From IMG/VR virus record IMGVR_UViG_3300025324_000004: 40,896 bases of DNA; one strand, written 5' to 3'. This DNA comes from a virus. Shown one piece after another: positions 16,247 to 25,584 of this stretch (within the stretch, counting starts at the first letter, position 1; each line of letters begins with the position of its first letter). The translations under genes and the position numbers were made by a program. Under the pieces are notes generated by a model, which was not told the origin of the DNA, did no database searches, and worked only from the letters and a program-made list of their open reading frames with translations.

Positions 16247-17478
16247 TTCCAGCTTCGGTATTAGCCTTTTCGGTATTAGCCTTTTCGGTATTAGTATGGG
16301 CAGTGCCCGACACGCTTATGACTATTGCCCCTTCCGCTCAGTCCGGGACGACTATCACGGCGGCAGATGAAAACGATAGAAATAACGACGTTTCAACGGT
16401 TTATAATGGGCATTCTCATGCCGATATCTCATCAACAAGCGCCAATACGTTTACTATCGGAAACGGAGCTGCAGGGAATAAGGATTATGCGATAAGTGAT
16501 GGCACAAATAGCGCGGCAGTCAGATGGGATGGGACAAATACGCGATGGGAAGTTACCAATGACGGCTCGACTTATTTGAGTCTTGTTACAACGACCGGCA
16601 CGACCACAACATTCAATACATTACCGAATTCGGCTTCTGCGAACACTATTTTGTATTCAGACGGAAATTCATGGAATGCAGGAACAGACAGGGTTGCTGA
16701 TTTAGCTACAGGCGCAGGAGAGATCCTTTATTCGACTGGTGTGGATGCTTTGGCTGTATTAGCTGCTGGAACATCCGGGCAAGTTCTTCAAAGCAATGGA
16801 GCCGCCGCTCCATCATGGGTTGATTCAAGTGATCCTACGGATTACGTTACTTTCTATGAAGAATTCCTTACTTCAGATGAGGCTTCTACCGGCGCGGCGA
16901 GAATGATCCGGTCTCAATATGCTTGGCGTGTAAGAGGGAAGGCTATAACCGGCACTTATGATGATAATGGCCTTTGGGAGATTGATGGTGACGCGGCAGC
17001 TGATGTAGGAGAGATGTTCCTATCGAATGGGGGAACCGCTACAACAGATATCGCTCTTCCATTCAAAGCGTCCCTTAATCCGACCGTCATTATAAATTGG
17101 AGAAATGATAATGGTTCTGCGAGTGGGGCAAATTGCTATTTAGGTCTTTTCAGCGATTTTACAAGCGCAGCGGCCCCTACAAACGGCGTTTATTTTAATT
17201 GGGATGGTAATTCTAGAGATATCAACTTGATTACTAATGCAGCCGGGATCACCACAACTGATACGCTTGTTAATTCTGACACAGCAACATCCCACACATT
17301 TAAATTGGTGTTTACCGACACTACCAACATAGCTCTTACTGTTGATGGAGGTTCAGTTATAAACATCACGGCAAATATTCCAAGCGACGATTTGGGGATT
17401 GCCTTTACCGGGCCAAACAGCACCGCTAATCGCGGAGTTATCATCGACTACATCTATGTAAAGCAAAATAGGAGTTAG
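16219..17478 (+). CDS. Tail-fibre-like protein with signal peptide (419 aa from ATG 16219)
   Basis: GGAGG lies 6 nt upstream of ATG 16219. The N-terminus is MVRSLFKSVIPASVLAFSVLAFSVLVWA/VP. The body is T/G/A/N-rich. Confidence 0.6.
   Translation: MVRSLFKSVIPASVLAFSVLAFSVLVWAVPDTLMTIAPSAQSGTTITAADENDRNNDVSTVYNGHSHADISSTSANTFTIGNGAAGNKDYAISDGTNSAAVRWDGTNTRWEVTNDGSTYLSLVTTTGTTTTFNTLPNSASANTILYSDGNSWNAGTDRVADLATGAGEILYSTGVDALAVLAAGTSGQVLQSNGAAAPSWVDSSDPTDYVTFYEEFLTSDEASTGAARMIRSQYAWRVRGKAITGTYDDNGLWEIDGDAAADVGEMFLSNGGTATTDIALPFKASLNPTVIINWRNDNGSASGANCYLGLFSDFTSAAAPTNGVYFNWDGNSRDINLITNAAGITTTDTLVNSDTATSHTFKLVFTDTTNIALTVDGGSVINITANIPSDDLGIAFTGPNSTANRGVIIDYIYVKQNRS
16254..16294. repeat. 15-bp tandem repeat (ttcggtattagcctt) x about 3 inside the signal-peptide coding region
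   Basis: Read directly. ttcggtattag occurs at 16254, 16269 and 16284. It encodes SVLAF-SVLAF-SVLV. Confidence 0.9.
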
Positions 17479-17487
17479 GAGGCTACT

Positions 17488-18411
17488 ATGGCTTTTATGG
17501 CGGCAATTATGCCTGCGATAATCTCGGCTATGAGTTCTTTAGTCAGCGGGAGAGACAGAAAAAACAAGGAAGAATCGGCTCAAGAGAGGCAGACCGATAT
17601 TGCCAATCAGGAACTTGCACGGCAACTGAGCTATGGTGATCAGCTTTACAACGTCTACAAGCCGAACAAGAAAGACTTGGATATTCTTTCTTCTCTCGAA
17701 TCTCTATTTAAGATGCCTGGCGAGAAGGAGTACGCTTCCAAAGGACCTCTGTCGAAAGAATTACTTTCTTCTCTATTATCGGCTTTGACGACTTCCGAAT
17801 ATGAGCCGACTCTTGACGACCAAATAGAACTGGCTAGGCAATCGATCAATGCTAGGGAAAATCAGTCAGGGTTCTTTTCAAGCGGCAGAAGATTCGAGGA
17901 TGTGGGTCGTGCGGCTTCCGAACTGGCGGTGAGAAGCGCAGAAGGGAAACTGGCTGAAAGGCAGCAGGCCAGGTCGAATGCTTTCCAGCTTGCCAATTAC
18001 ATCAATCAGATGGATCAAAATTCCAGACAGAGCTTTTTGGATTTCCAGAACAATCTCAGAAGCAGGGAAATGGCCGGAGCAACAGGAAGGGCTGAACTCG
18101 CTTCAGGCGGTTCGAGAACAAAAGCAGGCATTGAAGCCGGTGCACTGGACAGGCTTTATGGAAGAGCTGATCAGGCCGCGCAAAGAACCGGGGGGCTGGA
18201 AGAATTGGCGACCAATTTTCTTATGAATGCGCCTTTCTTTTCAGGAGGACAAGTTCCTATTAGCCCAGGTGGAATTGAAGATTACGTTTCAGGAGACGCT
18301 CCATTACCAACCGCTCCAAGGCGATCATTGGCCGATATTTTCGGTATGAGGAGTTCTGGCATACCAAGTCCTCAAGAAGAATTGGCCCTTTCCAGAAACA
18401 GGAGGTATTGA
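17488..18411 (+). CDS. Internal-virion/ejection-like protein (307 aa)
   Basis: SD AGGAGG lies upstream. It has a hydrophobic N-terminus and a Q/R/E-rich helical body, and it follows the fibre genes. Confidence 0.5.
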   Translation: MAFMAAIMPAIISAMSSLVSGRDRKNKEESAQERQTDIANQELARQLSYGDQLYNVYKPNKKDLDILSSLESLFKMPGEKEYASKGPLSKELLSSLLSALTTSEYEPTLDDQIELARQSINARENQSGFFSSGRRFEDVGRAASELAVRSAEGKLAERQQARSNAFQLANYINQMDQNSRQSFLDFQNNLRSREMAGATGRAELASGGSRTKAGIEAGALDRLYGRADQAAQRTGGLEELATNFLMNAPFFSGGQVPISPGGIEDYVSGDAPLPTAPRRSLADIFGMRSSGIPSPQEELALSRNRRY

Positions 18412-19580
18412 TGCCTCAAGAAAGACGGGATTTCGGGACTGCATCCGGTTCAGGCGTTTTGAACGCTATCTTTGGGGCGCTTGCCAGAAAGCAAGAGCAG
18501 GAAGATCAAAGACAAGAACTGTTAAAGGAAGTGGCTATTCTTAAAGCTAAATCAGATATCGAGAAACAGGCCGGGCTTGAGCAAATTTCAGCTTATGAGG
18601 CCCTATTATCCGGATTGGGTATGGGTGGCGGAACGCCTATGGGGGGAGGAGCGCCTGAAGATAAGACGCGCTCTTCTCAAGAGGGGGTTTCTAGCGGTCT
18701 CGAAGCGGTTGGGTTGGCTCCTACCGCTCCAAAACCGACTCCCTCTCCTACTCCACTTGCCGGACCGACACCGACTCCATCCAGCCAGCCAGGGTACAGA
18801 ATGAAAAACGTTAACTTACCCATTCCGGGCGGCGGCTCTATGGCTCTCGAATCAGTTCCAAGTGAGGCAGAGTTCCAGAATGAAATGCAGAGAAAGTTGC
18901 GTGAAACTGTGATGACTACTAGAGCTAAGAAAGCCGCTGAAGGATCATCCCCGCCGGAAGCCGTGACTTTAGCTTCATCCAAATCAGTATATGATTCAGT
19001 TAGTTCGGTATTAGCCGATGCAGAAGGACAGCTTGGAGAGGAATTCGCCGCTGCCGTAAGAACTCAAAGCATGGGAACTGAATTCGGCAGGTTTGCCAGG
19101 ATGTTTACTAAGGCGGGGCTAAGCAAAGAATCGAAAAAGATTCTCAAAAATCTCGATACTATTCTTGTCGAATATGTCCAAAGCAAGGGCGGAAAACAGC
19201 TTACCCAAACTGAAATTATGTTCATTACGAGGACGATGCCTGACTGGTTAGACGATCCTGAAACTCAACTGATGGCCCTAAAAAACATCAGAGATATCTC
19301 AGCTAGGGTCATGGAAAGAATAAATGGATCTGAATCGCTTGGCTTAATTCAAGTTGAAAATGGGGCGTTTATCGACCAATACGGGAATGAAGTAAGGCCT
19401 GAAGAAATAGATCAAGCTCTTGGGTTGCCTCCTGTTCGCGGCATTGAAATCGGTCAGATACCGGCCCCTGACCTTTCCGAATCAGAACTTCTTCGTCTTA
19501 AAAGCAAAGGGGCCGCAAGATGGGATGATGTGCAAGGCACTTTCGTTGACGCACAAGGCAATGAAGTGGATTGGAGATAA
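18411..19580 (+). CDS. Internal-virion-like protein with a Pro/Thr-rich linker (389 aa)
   Basis: GGAGG lies 5 nt upstream of the ATG. TGATG overlap with the upstream stop. Confidence 0.55.
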   Translation: MPQERRDFGTASGSGVLNAIFGALARKQEQEDQRQELLKEVAILKAKSDIEKQAGLEQISAYEALLSGLGMGGGTPMGGGAPEDKTRSSQEGVSSGLEAVGLAPTAPKPTPSPTPLAGPTPTPSSQPGYRMKNVNLPIPGGGSMALESVPSEAEFQNEMQRKLRETVMTTRAKKAAEGSSPPEAVTLASSKSVYDSVSSVLADAEGQLGEEFAAAVRTQSMGTEFGRFARMFTKAGLSKESKKILKNLDTILVEYVQSKGGKQLTQTEIMFITRTMPDWLDDPETQLMALKNIRDISARVMERINGSESLGLIQVENGAFIDQYGNEVRPEEIDQALGLPPVRGIEIGQIPAPDLSESELLRLKSKGAARWDDVQGTFVDAQGNEVDWR

Positions 19581-19583
19581 CAA

Positions 19584-21524
19584 ATGCCTTCCGTTTCGAT
19601 TGACGATCTAATCAGCGCCAGCAGGAATCCTCCTGCTTCGACAGGAATCTCTATAGATGATTTGATAAAGGCCAAAAAGCCTAAAACCTATACAGACAGG
19701 CTGAGAGAACAGCAAGAGGACATTGAGTTTGAAATTTCTCAGAGACGCTCTTCCCTTCCTTTCTTGGGGCAGGCTGTCCATAAAGCTGCCAAACCTTCGC
19801 CGCTTGGCACTTTGGCTTCAACTGGAAACGTGATGGGCCAGTTGTTAGCCCATGCCGCCCCTGAAGCATTGAATTACGGGCTTGAAATATCGGAAGGGAC
19901 TGCGGCTGATGTTCTGCTTGGAGTCCAAAGAAACAAATCAGGTCAGGCCATTTTGAAGGATATCGGGCAAACCATTATCGGGAAGAGACCGGCTCAAATA
20001 GGGGATGTTGTCCGTAGTGCCGGCCTGCCGCAATCATACAAGCCTATTTCAGATAAATTCCCTTTCAATCTCGTAACTCAGAAACAGGCGACAGAAGGAC
20101 TTGCTGCGACTGCGGGAATCATGGCAATAGGAGCGAGTCCCGCTCGAGCGGTCACAAAAGCAGGAAACCTTGTGAGACAGGCGATGGCGATTGTAAGGAG
20201 TCCTACTTTCGCCGCTACAAAGACAACTGAAGCCGCAGCCGCTGCCGTAGGGAAAATAGCCGCGCTTCCTGCGCGCTGGATTGCTAGAGAAACTCTAGCT
20301 CCGTTTAGGGCTAAATTTGCCGTTCCTGAAATTCCAAAATTCGATTCCAGAACCCCTAAATTGGAACTCCAAAAGGCAATGGATCAACTTAATTCTTCAG
20401 AAGTTGCGGTTGTCGAACCGCTTAAGAAAATGGTTGATGAGTTCCCTGCCAAACTCAGAACCTCAGTTGGCGATATCGTCAACCCAGTTAAGGACGGACT
20501 GACCGATACATATAGAAGTCTTAACTCATGGTATGGCAAGAGGATAGATCAGATTTTTGCTAGCGCCACCCAGGAAGTGCCGACTGACCGGATCAGCAGC
20601 AGCATTTCCGGCAGGTTCCAATCCAGGGGACTCATGGATAATTCCGGCAAATGGATTCCTGACAGACTCGCAAAAGCGACCTCTATTGAGAATGATGTGG
20701 TCGGAATCTATAAGAGAATGTTTCAGAAAAAGGGCGTGGAACCTCTTAAACTTTTTGGGCCATCTGGTGAATTTCTCACAGGATTGGAAACGGTCCCGAA
20801 GAATTTGCCGCCTGTCGAAATCAACCGAGCCGTCAAATCTTTGCGCGAAAAACTCAGTTCCGGATTTAAGGCAGGGACTCAATCGGCGACTGCAGAAGAT
20901 AGGTTCATTCTGGATATTATTAACGATATCGGGGAAGCGGTTGCCCCTTACTATGGCAGGCAGCTTCAGAGAATCAACAGAGTCTATGCAAAGATCAGGA
21001 ACCCGCTAAATGAAGCAATGCGCGTTTTCCAGCCTTGGAAAAAGACTTCTGCGATTGATCGTGGCGGAAGAATCCTAGAATCATTACCGAAAAGGACTCC
21101 AAATGAAATCAGATTCTTGAGAACCGTTGAGGATCTTACAGGCGTTAAGTTTGTGGATGATCTTCAAAAATCTTTCACCAACTTCGATACTGCCAAAGCC
21201 AGAATCAACGATATCAAGGCCGCAACCAGACTCCAGCGCGTCAAATTAAGACGCGAATACGAAGAAACCGTTTACCAGGCCAAGAAACGGCTTGAACCGG
21301 CTGTGAAAGAAGCAAAGGAAACAATTAAGAAAACCGGAGAGGAGCTTTCTTCCGGGATTTTCTTCGGTATCGGGCCGCCTCCGAAAAGGGTGGCAGGTTC
21401 TTCTAGGTATTACGGGAAGATAGGCGAAGTTCTTACTAGGCCGTTTAGAACAAGGCAGGCAAAATCGATCGGGCTGAGGGAAGCTCTTAACTACTTCTAC
21501 CCAGAACTCGATAAAGAGGAATAG
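19584..21524 (+). CDS. Large internal-virion-like protein (646 aa)
   Basis: SD GGAGA lies upstream. It is the third of three consecutive large non-fibre proteins at the end of the structural operon. Confidence 0.55.
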   Translation: MPSVSIDDLISASRNPPASTGISIDDLIKAKKPKTYTDRLREQQEDIEFEISQRRSSLPFLGQAVHKAAKPSPLGTLASTGNVMGQLLAHAAPEALNYGLEISEGTAADVLLGVQRNKSGQAILKDIGQTIIGKRPAQIGDVVRSAGLPQSYKPISDKFPFNLVTQKQATEGLAATAGIMAIGASPARAVTKAGNLVRQAMAIVRSPTFAATKTTEAAAAAVGKIAALPARWIARETLAPFRAKFAVPEIPKFDSRTPKLELQKAMDQLNSSEVAVVEPLKKMVDEFPAKLRTSVGDIVNPVKDGLTDTYRSLNSWYGKRIDQIFASATQEVPTDRISSSISGRFQSRGLMDNSGKWIPDRLAKATSIENDVVGIYKRMFQKKGVEPLKLFGPSGEFLTGLETVPKNLPPVEINRAVKSLREKLSSGFKAGTQSATAEDRFILDIINDIGEAVAPYYGRQLQRINRVYAKIRNPLNEAMRVFQPWKKTSAIDRGGRILESLPKRTPNEIRFLRTVEDLTGVKFVDDLQKSFTNFDTAKARINDIKAATRLQRVKLRREYEETVYQAKKRLEPAVKEAKETIKKTGEELSSGIFFGIGPPPKRVAGSSRYYGKIGEVLTRPFRTRQAKSIGLREALNYFYPELDKEE

Positions 21525-21535
21525 GAGGTGTTCAT

Positions 21536-21739
21536 ATGGAATTTTTAAAGACCCTTGATTGGGGGACCATCTTGGGGGCATTGGCCGCTATTTCCGCCGC
21601 TGCGCTTGTGCCGTGGATTAAAAGGGTGCAAAACGCTCTAAACAAGCTGACAGACGCCGTGGCCTCCGAATCTGCAAACGGGGCCGGCATTACAAAAGAG
21701 GAATGGCAAGCAGTGAAAGAAGCCTTGCTGAACAAATGA
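21536..21739 (+). CDS. Holin-like single-TM protein (67 aa)
   Basis: SD AGGAGG lies upstream. The TM segment is WGTILGALAAISAAALVPWI. It sits at the end of the late operon. Confidence 0.35.
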   Translation: MEFLKTLDWGTILGALAAISAAALVPWIKRVQNALNKLTDAVASESANGAGITKEEWQAVKEALLNK

Positions 21740-21966
21740 ATTGGTTCAAGGCGATAGCGGCTTTCATCAATGTGGCTGCCGAATCGTATTTGAGATTTAC
21801 CGACCCAAAAAGAAAAGCCGCCTCTTTACGGAAAGAGAAGGAGAAACTTCTTGCAAAACTGGTCTCGATTCAAGGCAATGAGCCTGCAGATGTTAATTTG
21901 CGTTCTAGTCTTAACGACCGCATCTTGCGGCTGGATGAGGAAATCGCCCGTATTGAACGCAACTGA
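21736..21966 (+). CDS. Coiled-coil protein, possible i-spanin-like (76 aa)
   Basis: ATGA overlap with the holin-like gene. It has a weakly hydrophobic N-terminus followed by a charged helix. Confidence 0.3.
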   Translation: MNWFKAIAAFINVAAESYLRFTDPKRKAASLRKEKEKLLAKLVSIQGNEPADVNLRSSLNDRILRLDEEIARIERN

Positions 21967-22090
21967 GCTTGGCCCGATTTACCGCTATCCAAAAGGCTCA
22001 AACATCAATCCGTATGTGACTGAGGAGGGGACTCCAAGGGAGTCTGCGGTCATGAGTTGGGATAGGGCCGTTTACCTTATTGGGCGCTGA
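21878..22090 (+). CDS. Possible lipoprotein (o-spanin-like), starting inside the previous gene in another frame (70 aa)
   Basis: The N-terminus is MSLQMLICVLVLTTAS-C. The overlapped architecture resembles Rz/Rz1. Confidence 0.3.
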   Translation: MSLQMLICVLVLTTASCGWMRKSPVLNATELGPIYRYPKGSNINPYVTEEGTPRESAVMSWDRAVYLIGR

Positions 22091-22580
22091 TAACAAGATC
22101 AGGTTCCTTCTCTATCTTCATGGTTCGCCCAACAAGCCTGGCGGGGAATTCCCTGATTCGGCTTGAGCCAAGCCAATCCTCATTGTTGATTTCCTGAGAG
22201 ATCCCCGGCCTGAAATAGTCCATGCTTTCCCAGGTATACCCCCAATAAATGGCCGGGTTATCCATCTTGACCCACTTACCTTTTTCGAGAATCCAGCTTT
22301 TGGACACTTCTATTTTCTCGAACTTTTTATGCAGCTTGATTTCTTCCAGCAAATCCCACGGTAAATCCCACCGCACATAAGCTCTCCAGTGTGTTGTGCT
22401 GTCTTGGCCGGCGGCTATAAGTGGGCTTTCGATCTTGGCTAGGTTATCTTTTCTCATGCCTGAAAGTATTTGGTATCCAACATAGAGAGCAGGCAGCAAG
22501 AACGTAAAGAAAGCCACTATCAAGAAATCAATAATGTTGATTTTCCCGAACAGCCGCCCTTCCGAATCAATGAGTTTCAT
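22077..22580 (-). CDS. Membrane-anchored protein resembling the DUF4330 type (167 aa from the internal ATG)
   Basis: The N-terminus MKLIDSEGRLFGKINIIDFLIVAFF matches my memory of DUF4330. It is the last gene of the minus-strand glycan cluster. Confidence 0.45.
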   Translation of the reverse strand: MKLIDSEGRLFGKINIIDFLIVAFFTFLLPALYVGYQILSGMRKDNLAKIESPLIAAGQDSTTHWRAYVRWDLPWDLLEEIKLHKKFEKIEVSKSWILEKGKWVKMDNPAIYWGYTWESMDYFRPGISQEINNEDWLGSSRIREFPARLVGRTMKIEKEPDLVISAQ

Positions 22581-23751
22581 ATTTATCCAGCAAATCCGTA
22601 TACCAAGCTTGTCTTCTTTGCATGTTTGTCTCGATGTCATGGAAAGTCTTAGCGATTTTTAGGGCGGAGATACTTACTTGAATTGCATAATCAGGATAGT
22701 CAAGCAAATCTCTAATGCTCTCTGCCGCGCCTTGAATGTCTCCTTCTGAAAGCAGAAGGCCGCCCCATTTTGTCTTTTCGATCAGTTCATTGTGCCAATC
22801 AACGTCATAAGCGACGATTGGTCTCCCTCCAAGCGCGGCCTCAACCAATGAGTTCCCGGCCATGAGACAGATGTTTATATCTGCCAATTTGCGCCAAGTG
22901 GGTATCTCCGCATAAGGCCGCCACCCATAGAAAATGACGTTCTGGCCGATAGTAGAGTCCGAAAGCCTCTTATATTCCGGCCCATCTCCGATAAAGAGAA
23001 GAGCGGTCTTGGGATGGGTTTGTCTGACTCTGCGGTGGATTTCAACGATATCGTCCACATAGTTCTCTTTGCTTAACCTACCGATGCTGACAAGCAGCTT
23101 GCAATCTGGAATCTCTTTCTGAATCCTCTCAACGGCAAACGCCACTATCGGCAAGTTCGGCTCGTTATATTCCTCTTGCGCCACCTGGAATCTGTCCAGA
23201 AGCAGGTTTTTTGCACCATCCTTTTCGGCTTCCTTCAGTAGATTCATGGACCTTGCCATAACCCCATGGGCGCGGCTAAGCACAAATCGCCTCAACTTCT
23301 TTGCCAGCCATCTTGAGCCAAGGATTTTTGGGAATAGATAAGTCGGGCCAACAAGTCGGTATCTCAAATCTTCAGGTGTTCTGAGGCTGACCATAAACGG
23401 CACATTGGCTTTCTTGGATGCCAGCCAAGCAATAAATCCGCCGACATAAGGGTCGTGAACCTTAATTAAATTCCTGTCTCCTGGGGAGACGCTCCATCGG
23501 ATAGTTGTATACAAATTGATTAAATATCTCAGTTTTCCTTTCCATCCATTGCCGCATTTTTTTCTGCCTAATTCAGTGACGAAATGTTTACCATTTACCC
23601 ATTGTTCATGATTGTATAAAACGGGGAAATGAATCGAAGTAATTCTTTCCCAGTAGCCGCCGTCTGACCGTTCTTCCAGTTTTTCTTCCATTTTCCTGTC
23701 TTTTAAGGCGGTAAGAGATGTCGGTACGATGCAAATCAAGTTATTTCCCAT
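22567..23751 (-). CDS. Glycosyltransferase, GT1/GT4 (Glycos_transf_1) family (394 aa from ATG 23751)
   Basis: The C-terminal motif region is LLFIGDGPEYKRL ... NSLVEAALGGRPIVAYD. SD AAGGA lies upstream of the internal ATG. Confidence 0.8.
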   Translation of the reverse strand: MGNNLICIVPTSLTALKDRKMEEKLEERSDGGYWERITSIHFPVLYNHEQWVNGKHFVTELGRKKCGNGWKGKLRYLINLYTTIRWSVSPGDRNLIKVHDPYVGGFIAWLASKKANVPFMVSLRTPEDLRYRLVGPTYLFPKILGSRWLAKKLRRFVLSRAHGVMARSMNLLKEAEKDGAKNLLLDRFQVAQEEYNEPNLPIVAFAVERIQKEIPDCKLLVSIGRLSKENYVDDIVEIHRRVRQTHPKTALLFIGDGPEYKRLSDSTIGQNVIFYGWRPYAEIPTWRKLADINICLMAGNSLVEAALGGRPIVAYDVDWHNELIEKTKWGGLLLSEGDIQGAAESIRDLLDYPDYAIQVSISALKIAKTFHDIETNMQRRQAWYTDLLDKYETH

Positions 23752-24076
23752 CTTCAATCCTTTTGAGCGACTCCTGTATTTTTTGTATATCTCTCTTGAG
23801 AGCATTCCAATCATCGAACTTGGCATAATTGAACTTGAGTTCCCGACCATAGAAAATTTTCCTGTCTATCCAACCAAAGATGAGGAATGTGGACACCGTA
23901 GCAAGATAGAGAAGGACAAACATCTTTTTCAGGTCGAATGCGACCAGAAGGTCTTGAGATTGGAGGTTGGACAGGAAGATATATAACAGCATCCCCGAAT
24001 TGAGCAAGCTGGCCCAAGACGCGCTTCTACTCAATAGGATTTTAGCGAATACCAGACTATCTAGTATTCTGTTCAT
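23741..24076 (-). CDS. Small 2-3-TM membrane protein with a charged C-terminal helix (111 aa)
   Basis: ATGA overlap with the upstream gene stop at 24073-24076. Confidence 0.5.
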   Translation of the reverse strand: MNRILDSLVFAKILLSRSASWASLLNSGMLLYIFLSNLQSQDLLVAFDLKKMFVLLYLATVSTFLIFGWIDRKIFYGRELKFNYAKFDDWNALKRDIQKIQESLKRIEDGK

Positions 24077-25170
24077 TTGAATTGAGGGTACTTGTCCAGA
24101 GAGTACTCCAAATAGCCGGGCGGTATCTTCTTGATTCTGACCTCCTGCGACCACGGCCACCTTGCTTTTCCGCTGGCTTCAAGAGCTGTAAAGAATGGAA
24201 CGTAATAGTCTGTCAGACTGTTCGGCCAATACTGGTAATAGTTCCCGGCCTCGCTAAAGAACATGGGTGAGTCACCGCACTCCTTATCGCGCCATTCCAA
24301 GGAGTCAAAGAAAACAAACTGTCTTGGATGCCACCAGGGATATTTCACCGTGAAGTTATTTCTCATTCTGAGCGCAATCTTCCAATAGCGGTCAAAATAT
24401 TTGGCCTTGTTTGGATTCTCTACTTCCTGTGAATAGAAATTGACAACCTTAATTGAATCCAGCTTATTATCCAAAACCGCCCTATGCAGACCTATGGCCG
24501 ACATTATCTGGCCTCCTGCCGTGTAATAGACGCCAAGATCAGGGTCGAGAACACCCCAAATGTTGTCCTCATCCAAATATTCGGTCACAACATGGCCGTT
24601 CTTGTTCTTGTCTTGGAGAATCACCACCCTAGCTGGGATGCCTACAGATACCAGACATTGCATGAGCGTGTAGGCCGATTCGCCGCAGAGGAAAGTTTCC
24701 CCCTTTTCCGCTCTTCTCAGGACATGGAGCGCATCGAAATTCCCGAAATTGGTCGGTTCTTTCGGCGAGTTGTGGCCCCACTGTTCATGCACCCACTTTC
24801 CCAGAGCGATTGGGTTGTCTTTGAATCGGTCCAGTTTGAACTCATCTCTTAACTGTCTAAGGTTTCGTTCAGGGTCTTTTTCGGCAAGAAAGAAAGGCTC
24901 CTTGAATAGAAATGATGCCGGGTCAAGAAGCCTCTTTAGACTGATGCTGCCTGTCAAAAGAACAGTTAGCCCCGCCCAAAAGATTAGAACTCCGAGTGCC
25001 CCCTGCCATATCCATCTTGTTTGCTGTCTACACTCCTCTTCTGTGCGAACTATCTTGATATACACGGCATCTAAGGCATTCCTGAAATCGAAATCAAGCA
25101 AAAGAGTAATCGTCCTTGCAATCATTAGAACGCCTACAGTTATGAGAGAAAAGCAAATTAGTATAGTCAC
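24073..25170 (-). CDS. Membrane protein with a transglutaminase-like Cys-His-Asp core (365 aa)
   Basis: The motif is FLCGESAYTLMQCLVSVGIPARVV...GHVVTEY...WGVLDPD. It has N-terminal TM segments and a GTG start. Confidence 0.6.
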   Translation of the reverse strand: MTILICFSLITVGVLMIARTITLLLDFDFRNALDAVYIKIVRTEEECRQQTRWIWQGALGVLIFWAGLTVLLTGSISLKRLLDPASFLFKEPFFLAEKDPERNLRQLRDEFKLDRFKDNPIALGKWVHEQWGHNSPKEPTNFGNFDALHVLRRAEKGETFLCGESAYTLMQCLVSVGIPARVVILQDKNKNGHVVTEYLDEDNIWGVLDPDLGVYYTAGGQIMSAIGLHRAVLDNKLDSIKVVNFYSQEVENPNKAKYFDRYWKIALRMRNNFTVKYPWWHPRQFVFFDSLEWRDKECGDSPMFFSEAGNYYQYWPNSLTDYYVPFFTALEASGKARWPWSQEVRIKKIPPGYLEYSLDKYPQFK

Positions 25171-25263
25171 TTTATTTCTTTATTAATTGGGCCGCATTTC
25201 CAACACGGATTATCATTAAAATCGTTATCCCCCGTCCCGCCGCACTAGAGGCGGCAGCTCCGT

Positions 25264-25584
25264 CTAAACCGTCATTGTCTGATAATCGCCACAAATCCTG
25301 AATAACGAATCCATGTATCGAGTGCCGATCCACTTTTCTTTGTCGGCCATATAGAACTGAGTTTTAAATTTCCTTGTTTCTCCGTTTTCAAGCATGATAT
25401 TGCCTTTAACACATTGAGCAACCTCCCACCAATATTCCATTTTATTAGGTAACACTTTCAGGAAAACGCAATCAGTACAATGGACTCGTTTCCGCTCTAA
25501 TGCTATCGGCAAAGGATCGCCCACCGTATCTACGTTTGGCACGCTACCTTCCCTTTCTCCCAAAAAACCAGAGTCCGTCATCAT
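25264..25584 (-). CDS. Hypothetical protein (106 aa)
   Basis: ORF in the co-directional operon; no recognisable motif. Confidence 0.45.
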   Translation of the reverse strand: MMTDSGFLGEREGSVPNVDTVGDPLPIALERKRVHCTDCVFLKVLPNKMEYWWEVAQCVKGNIMLENGETRKFKTQFYMADKEKWIGTRYMDSLFRICGDYQTMTV

